From Octopus bimaculoides (lineage: Eukaryota), in contig NC_068981.1 in the NCBI RefSeq assembly GCF_001194135.2, positions 100,105,564 through 100,169,563 of the forward strand: 64,000 nucleotides of DNA. Reading direction: 5' to 3'. Below are positions 1 to 11,589 of this stretch, piece after piece (within the stretch, counting starts at the first letter, position 1; every line of letters starts with the position of its first letter). The position numbers and the translations under genes were made by a program. The notes under the pieces are model-generated. The model did no database searches. It had not been told where the DNA came from and was given only the letters and a program-made list of their open reading frames with translations.

Positions 1-44
<44 letters not shown>

Positions 45-45
45 A

Positions 46-193
46 TAGGCTTCTTTCAGTTTCTGTCCACTAAATCCATCCATAACAATCTGGTCAGCCT
101 GAGGTTATAGCAGAAGACACTTACCCAAGGTGGAACTGAACCCGGAACCATGTGGTTTGTAAGCAAGCTTCTTACCACATAGCCATGCCAGTG

Positions 194-194
<1 letters not shown>
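46..194 (-). mobile_element. tRNA-derived SINE, family A, 5' part
   Basis: Reverse complement of the head seen repeatedly in this window (gctatgtggtaagaagcttgc...ggttccgggttcagttcc...gaaactgaaagaagcc), with A/B-box-like motifs. Confidence 0.8.
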
Positions 195-237
<43 letters not shown>

Positions 238-343
238 GATATAACAAATGAAGGAAATGGTAAATGGAATTCACAAGAATCCTTATAATAAAGATTCTCG
301 TGAATTCCATTTTCCGTTTCCCCTCATTTGTTAATATACTCAC

Positions 344-407
344 CGAACAATGCAAAACTCCTGAGGAGATCCAGTAACTCATTAAAACTGTGGATGATAT
401 CAGGTAG
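344..407 (-). CDS. Candidate internal exon of an unidentified host gene (LPDIIHSFNELLDLLRSFALF)
   Basis: Acceptor ctttcactgtctatag, donor G|gtgagt, 64 nt, open in phase 0 to 1, GC higher than the flanks. Protein not recognised. Confidence 0.55.
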
Positions 408-470
408 CTATAGACAGTGAAAGTGCTTTGATCAACAGTATAACTGAAGTTTAAATAATTATTTATATAT

Positions 471-865
471 GCAGGCATGGCTGCGTAGTAAGAAGCTTGC
501 TTCTCAACCACATGGCTTCGAGTTTAATCCTACTGCATGACACCTTGGGCAAATGTCTTCTACTATAGTCTCAGGCTGACCAAAGATGCACGAATGGATT
601 TGGTAGATGGAAACTGAAAGAAGCCTGTCATATATATATATGTGTGTGTGTGTACATATCTATGTGTGTTTGTTTGTCTCATGCCACCACTTGACAACTG
701 GTGGTGGTATGTTTACGTCCCCATAACTTAATGGTTCAGCAAAAAAGACTGATAGAATAAGTACTAGGCTTCAAAACATAAGTCTAAGAGTTGATTTGTT
801 TGACTACAACCCTTCAAGGCAATGCTCCAGCATGGTCGCAGTCAAATGACTGAAACAAGTAAAAG
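471..865 (+). mobile_element. tRNA-derived SINE, family A, near full length
   Basis: Head gcaggcatggctgcgtagtaag, internal gaaactgaaagaagcc plus (TA)/(TG) tract, tail gactgaaacaagtaaaag. Matches copies at 7696, 42515 and 52686. Confidence 0.85.
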
Positions 866-959
866 GTATATATATATATATATATATATANNNNNNNNNN
901 TATATATATATATATATATATATATAGTTGACAGACAGATAATATATTTATACACCTAA

Positions 960-1185
960 GATCATCATTTAAATTTCATGTTCCATGCTGACATGCATGC
1001 ATTGGATGGTTTGGACAGGATCTGATGGGTCCAAGGACTGCACTGAGCAGTAGCATATTTTTGACATGGTTTCTACAGCTGGATGCCCTTCCTAACGCCT
1101 ACCACTTTACAGGATGTACTGGATGCTTCTATTGTGGCAGCAGCACTGTTGAGGTTGCCATGCAACTCACAAGACTATAAACCCC
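960..1185 (-). mobile_element. Decayed retroposon 3' tail repeat
   Basis: Reverse complement resembles 49430-49630 (gcatccagc..tagaaaccatg ... aaatgatgat tail). Confidence 0.5.
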
Positions 1186-1769
1186 AAGGGACAGGAGGGG
1201 GAGTCAGATTCAAGCTATAGGACAAGGAGGGGCATTAAAGTATGAGAGAAGTGAGGAGGTGGACAAAGAGGGTTCTTGTAGAAGAAAGGGAGAGAATGAC
1301 CAGTAGAAACTGTGAAGATATAAATAAAGGAGAAGGGTGTCTAGATGGGAGTTTGTATCTATTGTTAGATAGACAGACAGATATAGAAATAGATATGCAT
1401 ATGCACACCCATATAGATACACACATACACATATATACACACACATATATAAATATACGTCTTACCTTCCTTTTCAACTCCACCAAGACTTCCTCTCACT
1501 TACATTACATTCACACCTACTCCCCTTCTCTCATATACATCTTATCTCACACCACTACCCTCCCACACTTGCACCTCTCCACACATCCCAGAAACCACCT
1601 GAACCCCACACCACACACCTCTCCCATACCTGTCTCGATACATGAATACCTTCCTACATATACACATCTCTTCCTAACTCTTTCACACAGAACTGCATTC
1701 CTACCTGGCCCCTGAGTCCTTTTCCTTTTTTCCTCCCCCATCTTTCCTCCTTTTTCTTTTCCTTGTATC

Positions 1770-1810
1770 CTTTTTCTGATGAAGGACTAGCATCCAAAAC
1801 GTTAAAGACA
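1770..1810 (+). ncRNA. Degenerate minimal hammerhead-like motif (Penelope pseudo-LTR type)
   Basis: tttt CTGATGA a gga ctagca tcc AAAAC GTT aaag. G12 appears to have been lost by CpG-type decay (tccgaaac to tccaaaac). Confidence 0.4.
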
Positions 1811-1984
1811 CTTTCCCTTCCTCTCAAAAATTTTAGTAATAACACTTGTTTAATGTGCCCCTCTCATTTTCTCTTATTATATTTGCTCATTATATCATGT
1901 ATATACATGTATGTACATATGTATAATACACATATCTATATGTACATGTGTGAATGTTTGTGTATATACACACACATATAGACA

Positions 1985-2132
1985 ATGGGTGGTTAAATAG
2001 CTTGTTTCGTAACCATGTGGTTTCAGGTTCAGCCCCACTATGCAGCACTTTAGTCAAGTAACTTCTACAATAGCTCTAGGCCAACCAAGAACTTGTGAAT
2101 GGATTTGGTAGTAGACAGAAACTGAAAGAAAA
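1985..2132 (+). mobile_element. SINE family A, 5' part
   Basis: ggttcagccccact...gaaactgaaagaa, same head as the other family A copies. Confidence 0.7.
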
Positions 2133-2136
2133 ACAT

Positions 2137-2182
<46 letters not shown>

Positions 2183-2432
2183 GGAGTAAGCACATGCAAT
2201 GTGCAACAAGGTGGAAAAAAGAGTACTCAAATACCAGAGGTAGAGTAATATGCTTTATTTAAAAGCAGCAGAAATATAACAAAAAAAACGTTACTCTGAG
2301 TTTCACGTTCCCGTTCATCGGACAGTTTTGTTAGAAAACTGTCCGATGAACGGGAACGTGAAACTCNNNNNNNNNNAAATACCAGAGGTAGAGTAATATG
2401 CTTTATTTAAAAGCAGCAGAAATATAACAAAA

Positions 2433-2477
2433 AAAACGTTACTCTGAGTTTCACGTTCCCGTTCATCGGACAGTTTT
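2433..2477 (-). ncRNA. Minimal type I hammerhead ribozyme, inverted copy
   Basis: Reverse complement reads aaaactgt CCGATGA acg ggaa cgt GAAA ctc a gag TA acgttttt. Same core as the + copy, with one mismatch in helix I. Confidence 0.65.
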
Positions 2478-2482
2478 GTTAG

Positions 2483-2528
2483 AAAACTGTCCGATGAACG
2501 GGAACGTGAAACTCAGAGTAACGGTTTT
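2483..2528 (+). ncRNA. Minimal type I hammerhead ribozyme
   Basis: Helix I aaaactgt/acggtttt; core CCGATGA 2491-2497 (U4C variant); helix II acg-ggaa-cgt; GAAA 2508-2511; helix III ctc-a-gag; UH = TA 2519-2520. Predicted cleavage after 2520. Confidence 0.75.
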
Positions 2529-2582
2529 TTTGTTATATTTCTGCTGCTTTTAAATAAAGTATATATATATATAGATAGATAG

Positions 2583-2620
<38 letters not shown>

Positions 2621-3407
2621 ATGCATATGCACTGTTGTCTTATCACATGATTGTTGTAAGCGAGTGTCACCAACAAGTCACGTTGTTAGTTTCCAGTATT
2701 CTGTGAAATATATATTTGTCCATGGGGAAATATTACCTTGCTTCAAAACAGATGAGAGTTGGCAACAGGAAGGGCATCCAGCAACAGAAAATCTGCCTCA
2801 ACAAATTCTCTTTGACCAGTGCAAGTTTGATATTCATATATACATACTTATATACATTTGTAGATACAAATATGTTTTATGATTTCACTTAGGCAAAGTG
2901 ATACTAATAAACAGTTGTTAGAACTCAATATAAATATGCTTTAGAGTGAGCATGTGTATATCTGTGTGTGTACAAGCATACATATATACCTACACACATA
3001 CACACATGCATACATAAATATGTATACACACACATACATTATATATAGAGATATACACAAACATATACACAACACACATATGTATACATACATATAAATG
3101 TATATATATTACATACACATAATGTGTATATTATGTACACACACACATCATCATCATTGTCATATTAACAGTCACTCTTCATACCAGCATGTGTTTGAGT
3201 TTATTGAGGCAGATTTTCAATACCCAGATGCCCTTTGTGTCTTCAGACTTCATGTGTTTCTAAACAAGATGATGTTTCCCCATTGCCACACATCTTTCCA
3301 CAGGATACTGGGAAGAAATGTCACTGCCTCTGTAACAGTTACTCTCATTTTCAACTATGGCATGATATCAAGAGGAGACACAAATACACACTCACACATA
3401 TACACCA

Positions 3408-3545
3408 TAGGCTTCTTTCAGTTTCCATTTACCAAATCCACTCACAAGTCCTTGGTCAGCTCAGTTATAACAGAATATACTTGACTAAGGTAGTCCACAG
3501 TAAGACAAAATCATGTTGTTGGATAGTGAGTTTCTTCAACACATA
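3408..3545 (-). mobile_element. SINE family A, 5' part
   Basis: aggcttctttcagtttcc...aaatccactcacaag is the reverse complement of the family A head. Confidence 0.7.
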
Positions 3546-3566
3546 GCCAAACCTATGTATGTATGC

Positions 3567-3628
<62 letters not shown>

Positions 3629-3739
3629 CCCACTTAAAAAAGGATGCTGTGTCAGAGCACAATACTGCAATAGTTACCATGAGAGGATATTTTATATTAG
3701 TTGTCAGTGCATCCACTTTTAAATGAGGATAAACATTAC

Positions 3740-3766
3740 CTTTTTGTATTAATACTGCTTCTGTTT
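3740..3766 (-). CDS. Candidate 27-nt microexon (ETEAVLIQK)
   Basis: ttattag|AAACAGAAGCAGTATTAATACAAAAAG|gtaatg. Phase 1 to 1, and open when joined to the 4839 donor. Confidence 0.35.
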
Positions 3767-4565
3767 CTAATAATTATATATGTGTGTGTGTATAAAGTGA
3801 GGGGTACAGAAGTGGCAGTATAGTTAGGCAGTTTGCTTCCCAGGTCTATGATTTCAAGTTCAGTCCTACAGCATGGTACCTTAGTTAAGTGTCTTCTACT
3901 TATACCTTAGTGTTTTTATCTCTTTGTCTTGACATCACGTGATTGCTGTAAATGAAAGGCATTTACAAGTCTGCAAAAACATGCCTTGCCATGGGGAACA
4001 TTACTAGGAAACAGGTCAGGGTTCGCAACACGGGAATCTACCTCAATAAATTTCGTCCGACCCATGGAAGCAATAAAAACTGGATGATAATGAGGATGAT
4101 GATACTATGTATATTTATGTCCATGTAAAGTCATGTGTGTGCGTGCATATATATATAAACACATACATATATACACACATGCATACATACATATATATAC
4201 ACATATTCATAAATACAAATTTTCCCATAAATGTATTTCGTATACACCCATATATATACATACATCTGTATACTTATATATACTCATATATTTCTATTCA
4301 TTCACACATATGTAAATTATATATATATATATATCATCATATACACACACACACACATTTATCTATATACATATACACACACATGCATTTTCACACCTGT
4401 GTGTGTATCTATGTGTGTTTGGATAGATAGATAGATAGATAGATAGATTTGTGCCAGTAGATGCATATATACATATATATATGTGTATATATATGCATAT
4501 ATATATATATATACATATATATATATGCATATATATTTATATATATATATATATATATGCATATA

Positions 4566-4599
<34 letters not shown>

Positions 4600-4632
4600 T
4601 ATATATTTATATATATATANNNNNNNNNNTAA

Positions 4633-4687
<55 letters not shown>

Positions 4688-4838
4688 CACACACACACAT
4701 TCATATACGAATATCCGATTTTACTGCTCCAGTATGGCCTTTGCGACGATTTCTAAATCCAGGTATAGAGTTGAAGAACATTTATTTAGAGAATAGAAGC
4801 AAAAAAAAAAAAAACATATACATATAATATATATTTAC

Positions 4839-5007
4839 CTTTGGAAAGAAGTGGGCATTCCTGGTTACAAACGTGAAACTCATTCAGAGAAATACATTCG
4901 TCGGAATCTTGATCACAAGGACCCAAATCAGTGTACATCTCCAACTGTGGCCATGCTATTCCAGGAGGAATTCGGCCTCTTTTCTCCCTTTTACCTCCAC
5001 AGGTTCT
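4839..5007 (-). CDS. Candidate exon (..WPQLEMYTDLGPCDQDSDECISLNEFHVCNQECPLLSK), possibly a first coding exon
   Basis: Donor AAG|gtaaat at 4839, possible acceptor ccttag at 5008, in-frame ATG at 4938, open Cys-rich frame, GC above the flanks. Confidence 0.5.
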
Positions 5008-5315
5008 CTAAGGATTTTTAAAATTTCCCTTAATTACTGTTTTCCGTTTTACTAAGTCTGAACGAAATGTGGACTCGTGAACTTAACTTATGATCCTATA
5101 CAAGTAATGTATACATATATAGTATGTAAAATATATGTATGCGTATATAATGCGTGTAGTAAATTCAGTAAAATAACATTTCCTTGTGTTATTCAAGTTG
5201 ACATTTTTCGTTAGTTTTATTTCCCTTCTCTTTATTGTTTCTCGGATAGTGTATATTATTTTGTGTACTTTTAGCGTACCTTTTATACTTTTAGGTGAAT
5301 ACTTTCGAAATTCAA

Positions 5316-5352
<37 letters not shown>

Positions 5353-5869
5353 GCCTTGTTAGAATATGTGGTTACGAAGTTGATCCTTTAAGTTTGTTCA
5401 TTGTTTTCTTTTGTTCTCAAATTTTATCTCTCTTATAGTTATTGCTTGAGAAAACATACAATAAACAAACATTCCTCAATGAAATGAATATTTTCCTAAA
5501 GCATTAAGTTTGTTAAGTAAACATTTCACTCGCCGAATACACAATATATTTTTTCTCTTTTTTTTTTAAGTATTAGGAATATTTTTCGTGTTTCATTTCT
5601 TCACGGAAATTTATTGTCAACTTTTTTTTCACCTCTTTTCTTGTTCTTCCCTTAAATTTATGACCACCTTAGCTTTGTTTTCCATTGGGTTAGAGTTATG
5701 AATCTGAAATCTTTTGCCTGATTTCTCAAATCAATACCGAAGGGCCAGTGGAAATTGGCAACGATAAGCATCATTCCTCTACTGTAGCAACTGTCGTCTG
5801 CAACAGCACGGTGAAGGGTGGAGCTGAACACACAAGAACAGAACTGAACAGAACGGTGTATGACTGACA

Positions 5870-6965
5870 AGAGAGGCAAAAGATCCAGTGAGATGGAGAG
5901 GGAGTGAAAGTGAGAGGAAAGGAAAGTGAAAGGAGGGAGGGAGGAAGAGGAGGAAAAGGCAGAAAGATAAGAGGGAGTGTTGCAGAGAGATATGAGGGGA
6001 GGGATTTCATCGAAATTGTAAAAAAATATTGAGCGTGAAAGTGAGGAGGGTTAATGACTGAGGCGGAGTAAGGAAGAGAGAGTGAGAGGAAAGTGAGCGG
6101 GTAAAAGAAAAGCTGAGGAGAATGCTTAGAGCAGATGGAGAAAGAGAAGAGTGAAAAGAATCGGTTGGAATCGGAGAGAGTAGAAATTACAAAGATATAA
6201 AATAAATGAAGATGGATGGAAACGGGAAAGAAATTAGTAAATGTGAAAATGGGATAAAAACGTGAAAGATATGAGAGAAAGAAAGAGGAAAGAAGTGGAT
6301 CAAAGGAAGAAATGGTGAAGTGATCAATGGATGGTCTTGGACCGAATGAAACTAAGAGGTAGTAGGAACAAGTGAGAAAACTGATTTAAGTGACGAGAGA
6401 GTGATAGAAGAAGTGATGATAGGATGGTGGGATAGTGGCGAAAAAAATGTGAATATATAAAGTATGAGGGAAATAAGAAAGAGAAGAGGGGGGAAAAAAT
6501 AAAAGAAATGGAATTGAGGAGGAACAAAAGGCGGGGAGGGGAATAATCAGGAGGGATTTGAAAGAAAGAGACACGGAAAAGGGAAAGAAGGATTAGAAAG
6601 AAACGAAGTTCATGAAAAAAAGCATCCTAAATATGAATGGAATTAATAAAATAATAGACGTGTGATAGAATAGGAATGAAAGAAACGTGAACGTAGCATG
6701 AGGGAAAAGACACGAGAGAGAGAGAGAGAGGGGGTGCGTGAGATGGATTCCATCGGGACGAGAGAAACGGGAAAAGAGCGGGAAAAGAAAGAAGTGGTAA
6801 GAAATACGATACGTAAATCGAAATAAACAAACACAATTGAAGGAGAAGAAGAAGAAGAAGGAGAAGGAGAAGAAGAAGAAGGAGAAGAAGAAGTGAGTAA
6901 AAAATGAATGAAAAGATGAACGCTAAAGAAGAAAAGGAGAAAGCAAAGTAGTGGGCGAAGAGTAA
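5870..6965 (+). repeat. About 1.1 kb purine-rich (GA-rich) low-complexity tract including (GAA)n
   Basis: Strong A/G skew on the + strand. (GAA/GGA)n at 6841-6893 and (GA)n at about 6714-6731. Confidence 0.8.
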
Positions 6966-7695
6966 CAAAAGCATTGAGAGCAACAGCAGCAGCAGCGTCA
7001 GTTGTATCGTCTATTATTTGCTAGAAGAGTGCAGCCTCTGCAGTAGTTGAGAGATATGTAAAAGTTGACCAGCTGTAAAAAAAAAAAAAAAAAACGCCGA
7101 AAAACTCATTATATTTCCTGACATTCTGCTATAGTGAGTACCATTAAAGCTGCTAGTGAATCGAGATCACGTCTCGGATTTGTCTTTACTGTAACTCTCA
7201 GACCACTACGTCTCTACAGAATGCTTAAAACAATTAATAACACTCTCTTGCAATTTCTTATAAATAAAAAAAAATATCCCATTTTTCACCCCCGACAAAA
7301 TTATTTATCTCCAGTTAAAATAAAGGTCCAGAGAGAAAATAACAAACCTATTATTCATGGAATTCAGTACAAACGCATACCAGACTCAGTATTCGTTCAC
7401 GCAACAGTTGTAATACATTTTTGTAAATCTGCCTCTACTGCTAACCAGAAACCAGCCATCACTGAAGGGAAGAATGCGATTCGGCTTAGTGTTTACAAGC
7501 TCTCAATTGAAAAAAGAAAAAAAGAAAAAAAAAAAAAAAGACCGAAACCATTTGGAACGAGGCAAGAGAGTGACGAAGAATTGAAACAAGAGTCCTTGTT
7601 TTTAATCTCTCAGTATTCAATCATCTATAACATTTGTGAGAAAAATTGACCTTATGAGTAGTGAAAAAAAAATTACTTTTATAATTGAGTACAAT

Positions 7696-8225
7696 GCGCA
7701 GGAGTGGCTGTGTGGTAAGTGGCTTGCTTACCAACCACATGGTTCCAGGTTCAGTCCCACTGCGTGGCACTTTGGGCAAGTGTCTTCTACTATAGCCTCG
7801 GGCCGACCAAGGCCTTGNNNNNNNNNNNNNNNNNNNNNNNNNNNNNNNNNNNNNNNNNNNNNNNNNNNNNNNNNNNNNNNNNNGCACTGGGGTCGATGTA
7901 ATCGACTTAACCGCTTTGTCTGTCCTTGTTTGTCCCCTCTATGTTTAGCCCCTTGTGGGCAATAAACAAATAGGAAACTGAAAGAAGCCCGTCGTATATA
8001 TGTGTGTGTGTGTGTGTGTGTGCGTGTGTGTCTGTGTTTGTCCCCCCACCATCGCTTGACAACCGATGCTGGTGTGTTTACGTCCCCGTAAGTTAGCAGT
8101 TCGGCAAAAGAGAACCGTTAGAATAAGTACTAGGCTTACAAAGAATAAGTCCTGGGATCGATTTTCTCGACTAAAGGCGGTGCTCCGGCATGGCCGCAGT
8201 CAAATGACTGAAACAAGTAAAGAGT
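7696..8225 (+). mobile_element. SINE family A with a nested family B 3' end (5' junction hidden in N-gap 7818-7883)
   Basis: Family A head 7696-7817; family B tail gcactggggtcgatgtaatcg...gggcaataaacaaatag 7884-7973; family A resumes at gaaactgaaagaagcc. CpGs intact. Confidence 0.85.
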
Positions 8226-8494
8226 AATAAGTTACTATGCGAGCAAATACCGCATTTTGGTTTCTATCCACATAAAAGGCACAAATACTGTAGCATTTGA
8301 TTTCCTTTTCTCTAAAAATAAAGATCTTTGCGACATCTCTTCCAGGATTTCCTCTAATTCCAATGGGAAGTTATGATGCCAAAACCATTTTTTTTCCCCG
8401 ACGATACAAATGAGAGAAGAAATCTACTTACAGGTTTAGAATTCTATGGCGAACATTACCGCTTATAAAACATTCCCTTTTTTTTTACCTACAA

Positions 8495-8905
8495 TACCAC
8501 AAGTTTTCAGGGATTGATTTGTTTGTTGGCACTCCGTCGCTTACGACGCCGAGGGTTCCAGTTAATCCAATCAACGGAACAGCCTGCTTGTGAAATTAAC
8601 ATGCAAGTGGCTGAGCACTCCACAGACACGTGTACCCTTAACGTAGTTCTCGGGGAAGGGATATTCAGCGTGACACAGTGCGACAAGGCTGAGCCTTTGA
8701 ATTACAGGCACAACAGAAACAGGAAGTAAGAGTGAGAGAAAGTTGTGGTGGAAGAGTACAGCAGGGTTCGCCACCATCCCCTGCCACAGCCTCGTGGAGC
8801 TTTAGGTGTTTTCGCTCAATAAACACTCACAACGCTCGGTCTAGGAATCGAAACCGCGATCCTACAACCGCGAGACCGCTGCCCTAACCACTGGGTCATT
8901 GCGCC
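8495..8905 (-). mobile_element. tRNA-derived SINE, family C
   Basis: Minus-strand head ggcgcaatgacccagtggttagggcagcgg...ggtttcgattcc (A and B boxes), followed by a body of about 350 bp. Confidence 0.75.
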
Positions 8906-9777
8906 TGCACTCAGGGATTGATAATAGGATAGTATAGTGCAATAGTGCAAGCAAAGAAGAGGGTTACGTGAGACATGATTCATCATCAGGTAGGTCGCAC
9001 TACTAAAAACAGTAAAGGTAATTTTTTTGTTCGGTATGTCATTCAGAAATTCATGTGAACTGCAGGTTGCCCATGGCTGGTGTAATGTTTGTGTCTTTCT
9101 TATGTTTATTTGGACGAGAAGCAAAGGCATGGCAATTAGTTTTCTCACATTTTACTATTTTTACAAAGCAACGAATCCTAGAATCGAAACCTTGCAGCTT
9201 TAGTAACCAGGATCAGACCACACTTGGTCAGGCAACGTATCCTGGATATTAACGAATCAGTTTATCGGAATATCACCTCATATTAGAAAATGTTCGGATC
9301 TTTTCTGTTTGGTTGCACTTGAGGAAATGTTAAAGTTTAATGAAAATTTTAAAATTTGATGTATTGATGTAATTTTCCACGCCGAATCTCAGAAGATAAT
9401 TCGCTTTTCCCAGAAAAATTTATTTTTATAGTTTAAATAGATTTAAAGCTTGATAAACTCTACCCACCCAGAAAGCAGGATTTGAAAGCTGTCATTTTGC
9501 GCGTGACAGCACATGTCAACTGCAAACGAATAAAATATCAGCAGAATTCTCCTTTTGGCACGTTATATAACCCCTCATAACTTTTTAATTTTTTGGCATT
9601 TTCTGTAAACTTTTGTAAATTTGCATTCTACACACGGGAACTCATACGACTATGTAAAAAAAAAAACAATTTCATGCGTGATTTAAGACCTAATTAGCTG
9701 TTATTTTTAGCACATCCCATACCACATGCGTTTTAAACATTTAATAAGTCTTCCCACAAAAAAAAAAAACCTGACCT

Positions 9778-9791
9778 GTTACTATGGAAAC
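9778..9791. promoter_or_regulatory. RFX X-box-like motif GTTACTATGGAAAC
   Basis: Fits RYYNYY-N2-RRNRAC. It lies in repeat-like sequence, so function is uncertain. Confidence 0.25.
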
Positions 9792-11244
9792 AGGCACCTA
9801 TATGTCTGTGGCTTTCTACTGGCTGAAATTATCCAAAATTTGTGAACTTTAAAAGCTATTAACTCTTTATTGATTCATGGCAAAAATGAATTTCATGTCA
9901 ATGATTACTTTACAAAAATACGCCAATTATGAAGTTAACTTGGAACAAAAATTGAAGAAACTAAAAAGTGTTCTATTTTTCTCCAGTAGTTCCCGCACTT
10001 TTGTGGTTATATATGCAACAACGCGCAAAAACAAATGAGAGCGGCGCACTTCGGAAGCACAAGGAATAAGCCCTTTAAATTGATGAGTTTCCTTGGCTGA
10101 AACTCAGCCCCGAGTTAAAAGATTCTTCGACAATGATGGACAGAACATTATTCCCGCCTCTCACGCGAAACTAATTCCTTCTGTTTGTAATGTAATTACA
10201 ATTTATATTCGTTCTAGCATACCACTATACCCACTGGCTAGCAACAATGTAAAAATGTGACTATTGTAATATATTTTGATAACAATAAATGGACAACACG
10301 CAGTCTATCGTCAAGCCAATATATCAAAACCCATCCGAATCTTAAGCAACAACTATAAGTCAGGAATATGGAAATTGTGACGTTCACACATTTCCCAAGA
10401 GTCCCAATGAAGTAAAAGGTGTGAAATAGCCTCAAACTGAGATTAAAATCGTGTCACTGTCTCGGATCAGCAGGAAATTAATTTCAGTACAAATCTCACT
10501 ACTATATTTTCCTAAAGTTAACAAAACACACATAAAATATATGCGGAATATTAAAGAAGCAATTACATAATGACGTTGATGTAATAATTATGATGATAAA
10601 ATACCAAATTTCTATGTCGGCATTGAATGTAACAAAGTGTAAGGAAAATATCATCAGCTGCCAAAGCTCACTTTGGCTGACAAAAGTGAATGAAAACGTT
10701 ATTACAATAGTCTTACCTCTAGGAGAACTTCAACTGTTTTAAGTCTTTACGCCAGGAAATCAGAACGTGACAATTTCACCCGCTGAAAATTTTCTACATC
10801 AGTTTAATAGTTTTTATTCTCTATGTTCCATATCAGCCAACTTCAACAGTGTATGTACTTCCAGTTACACACAAGTACACTAACTGCAAACACATTAATG
10901 GGAAGCATCTACACGTAACTCTAACTGTTACATAGCAACTAAATTTTCTTCAAAACACAAGCACTGCTGTCTTAGAAAAATGGAAGGCTATATTGAATAC
11001 ACAAAGTCTGGAAAGAGGGAAATGGGGTGAATACGGCCTAAAATGGTTCAGTTCGGTGGTGTAACTAAGGCGAGGTAAGTTGGGCACATGCTCTCAGTAC
11101 CAAATTTTGCAGGGCACCATTTTATGATTATATTTTTATATTTATCGAAAATATAATCTTGAAAATGTACCGCTACTGTACATGTACTCATACATATGCA
11201 TAATTACATAGATATATGTACACACATTTTATAAATATATATGA

Positions 11245-11288
<44 letters not shown>

Positions 11289-11560
11289 NNNNNNNNNNNN
11301 NNNNNNNNNNNNNNNNNNNNNNNNNNNNNNNNNNNNNNNNNNNNNNNNNNNNNNNNNNNNNNNNNNNNNNNNNNNNNNNNNNNNNNNNNNNNNNNNNNNN
11401 NNNNNNNNNNNNNNNNNNNNNNNNNNNNNNNNNNNNNNNNNNNNNNNNNNNNNNNNNNNNNNNNNNNNNNNNNNNNNNNNNNNNNNNNNNNNNNNNNNNN
11501 NNNNNNNNNNNNNNNNNNNNNNNNNNNNNNNNNNNNNNNNNNNNNNNNNNNNNNNNNNNN
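11289..11560. other. Assembly gap (others at 891-900, 2367-2376, 4620-4629, 7818-7883 and 12712-13198)
   Basis: Runs of N. Confidence 0.99.
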
Positions 11561-11589
11561 TATATATATATATATGTATGTATATATAT

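Larger units (their letters stand above)
2182..2559. mobile_element. Penelope-like pseudo-LTR derivative ending in a long inverted repeat
   Basis: Arms 2401-2477 and 2483-2559 around the loop gttag. The head gtactcaaataccagaggtagagtaatatgctttatt recurs near 56120-56168. Segment 2228-2366 is repeated after the N-gap. Confidence 0.65.

Noticed and set aside
2228-2366. Apparent tandem copy of the hammerhead palindrome
   Set aside because: It is identical to the sequence that restarts after a 10-N gap, so it is probably an assembly overlap rather than a real dimer. Long reads should confirm this, because a true tandem would matter for dimeric cleavage.
4107-4796. Multiple Y/I/H/T-rich ORFs (also 11188-11665, 50659-50944, 59134-59610 and others)
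   Set aside because: They are translations of (TA)n, (CA)n and (TG)n microsatellites or N-gaps.
7134-7649. 171-aa plus-strand ORF
   Set aside because: It starts at GTG, includes poly-A-derived Lys runs, has no motif and no convincing splice context.
7696-7790. tRNA gene-like heads (also 8840-8905 and 47474-47560)
   Set aside because: They have A/B boxes but no complete cloverleaf and continue into SINE bodies.
10080-10110. TTGATGA...GAAACTC hammerhead-like string
   Set aside because: It lacks C3 and helix II; it is simply a short hairpin tgagtttc/gaaactca.
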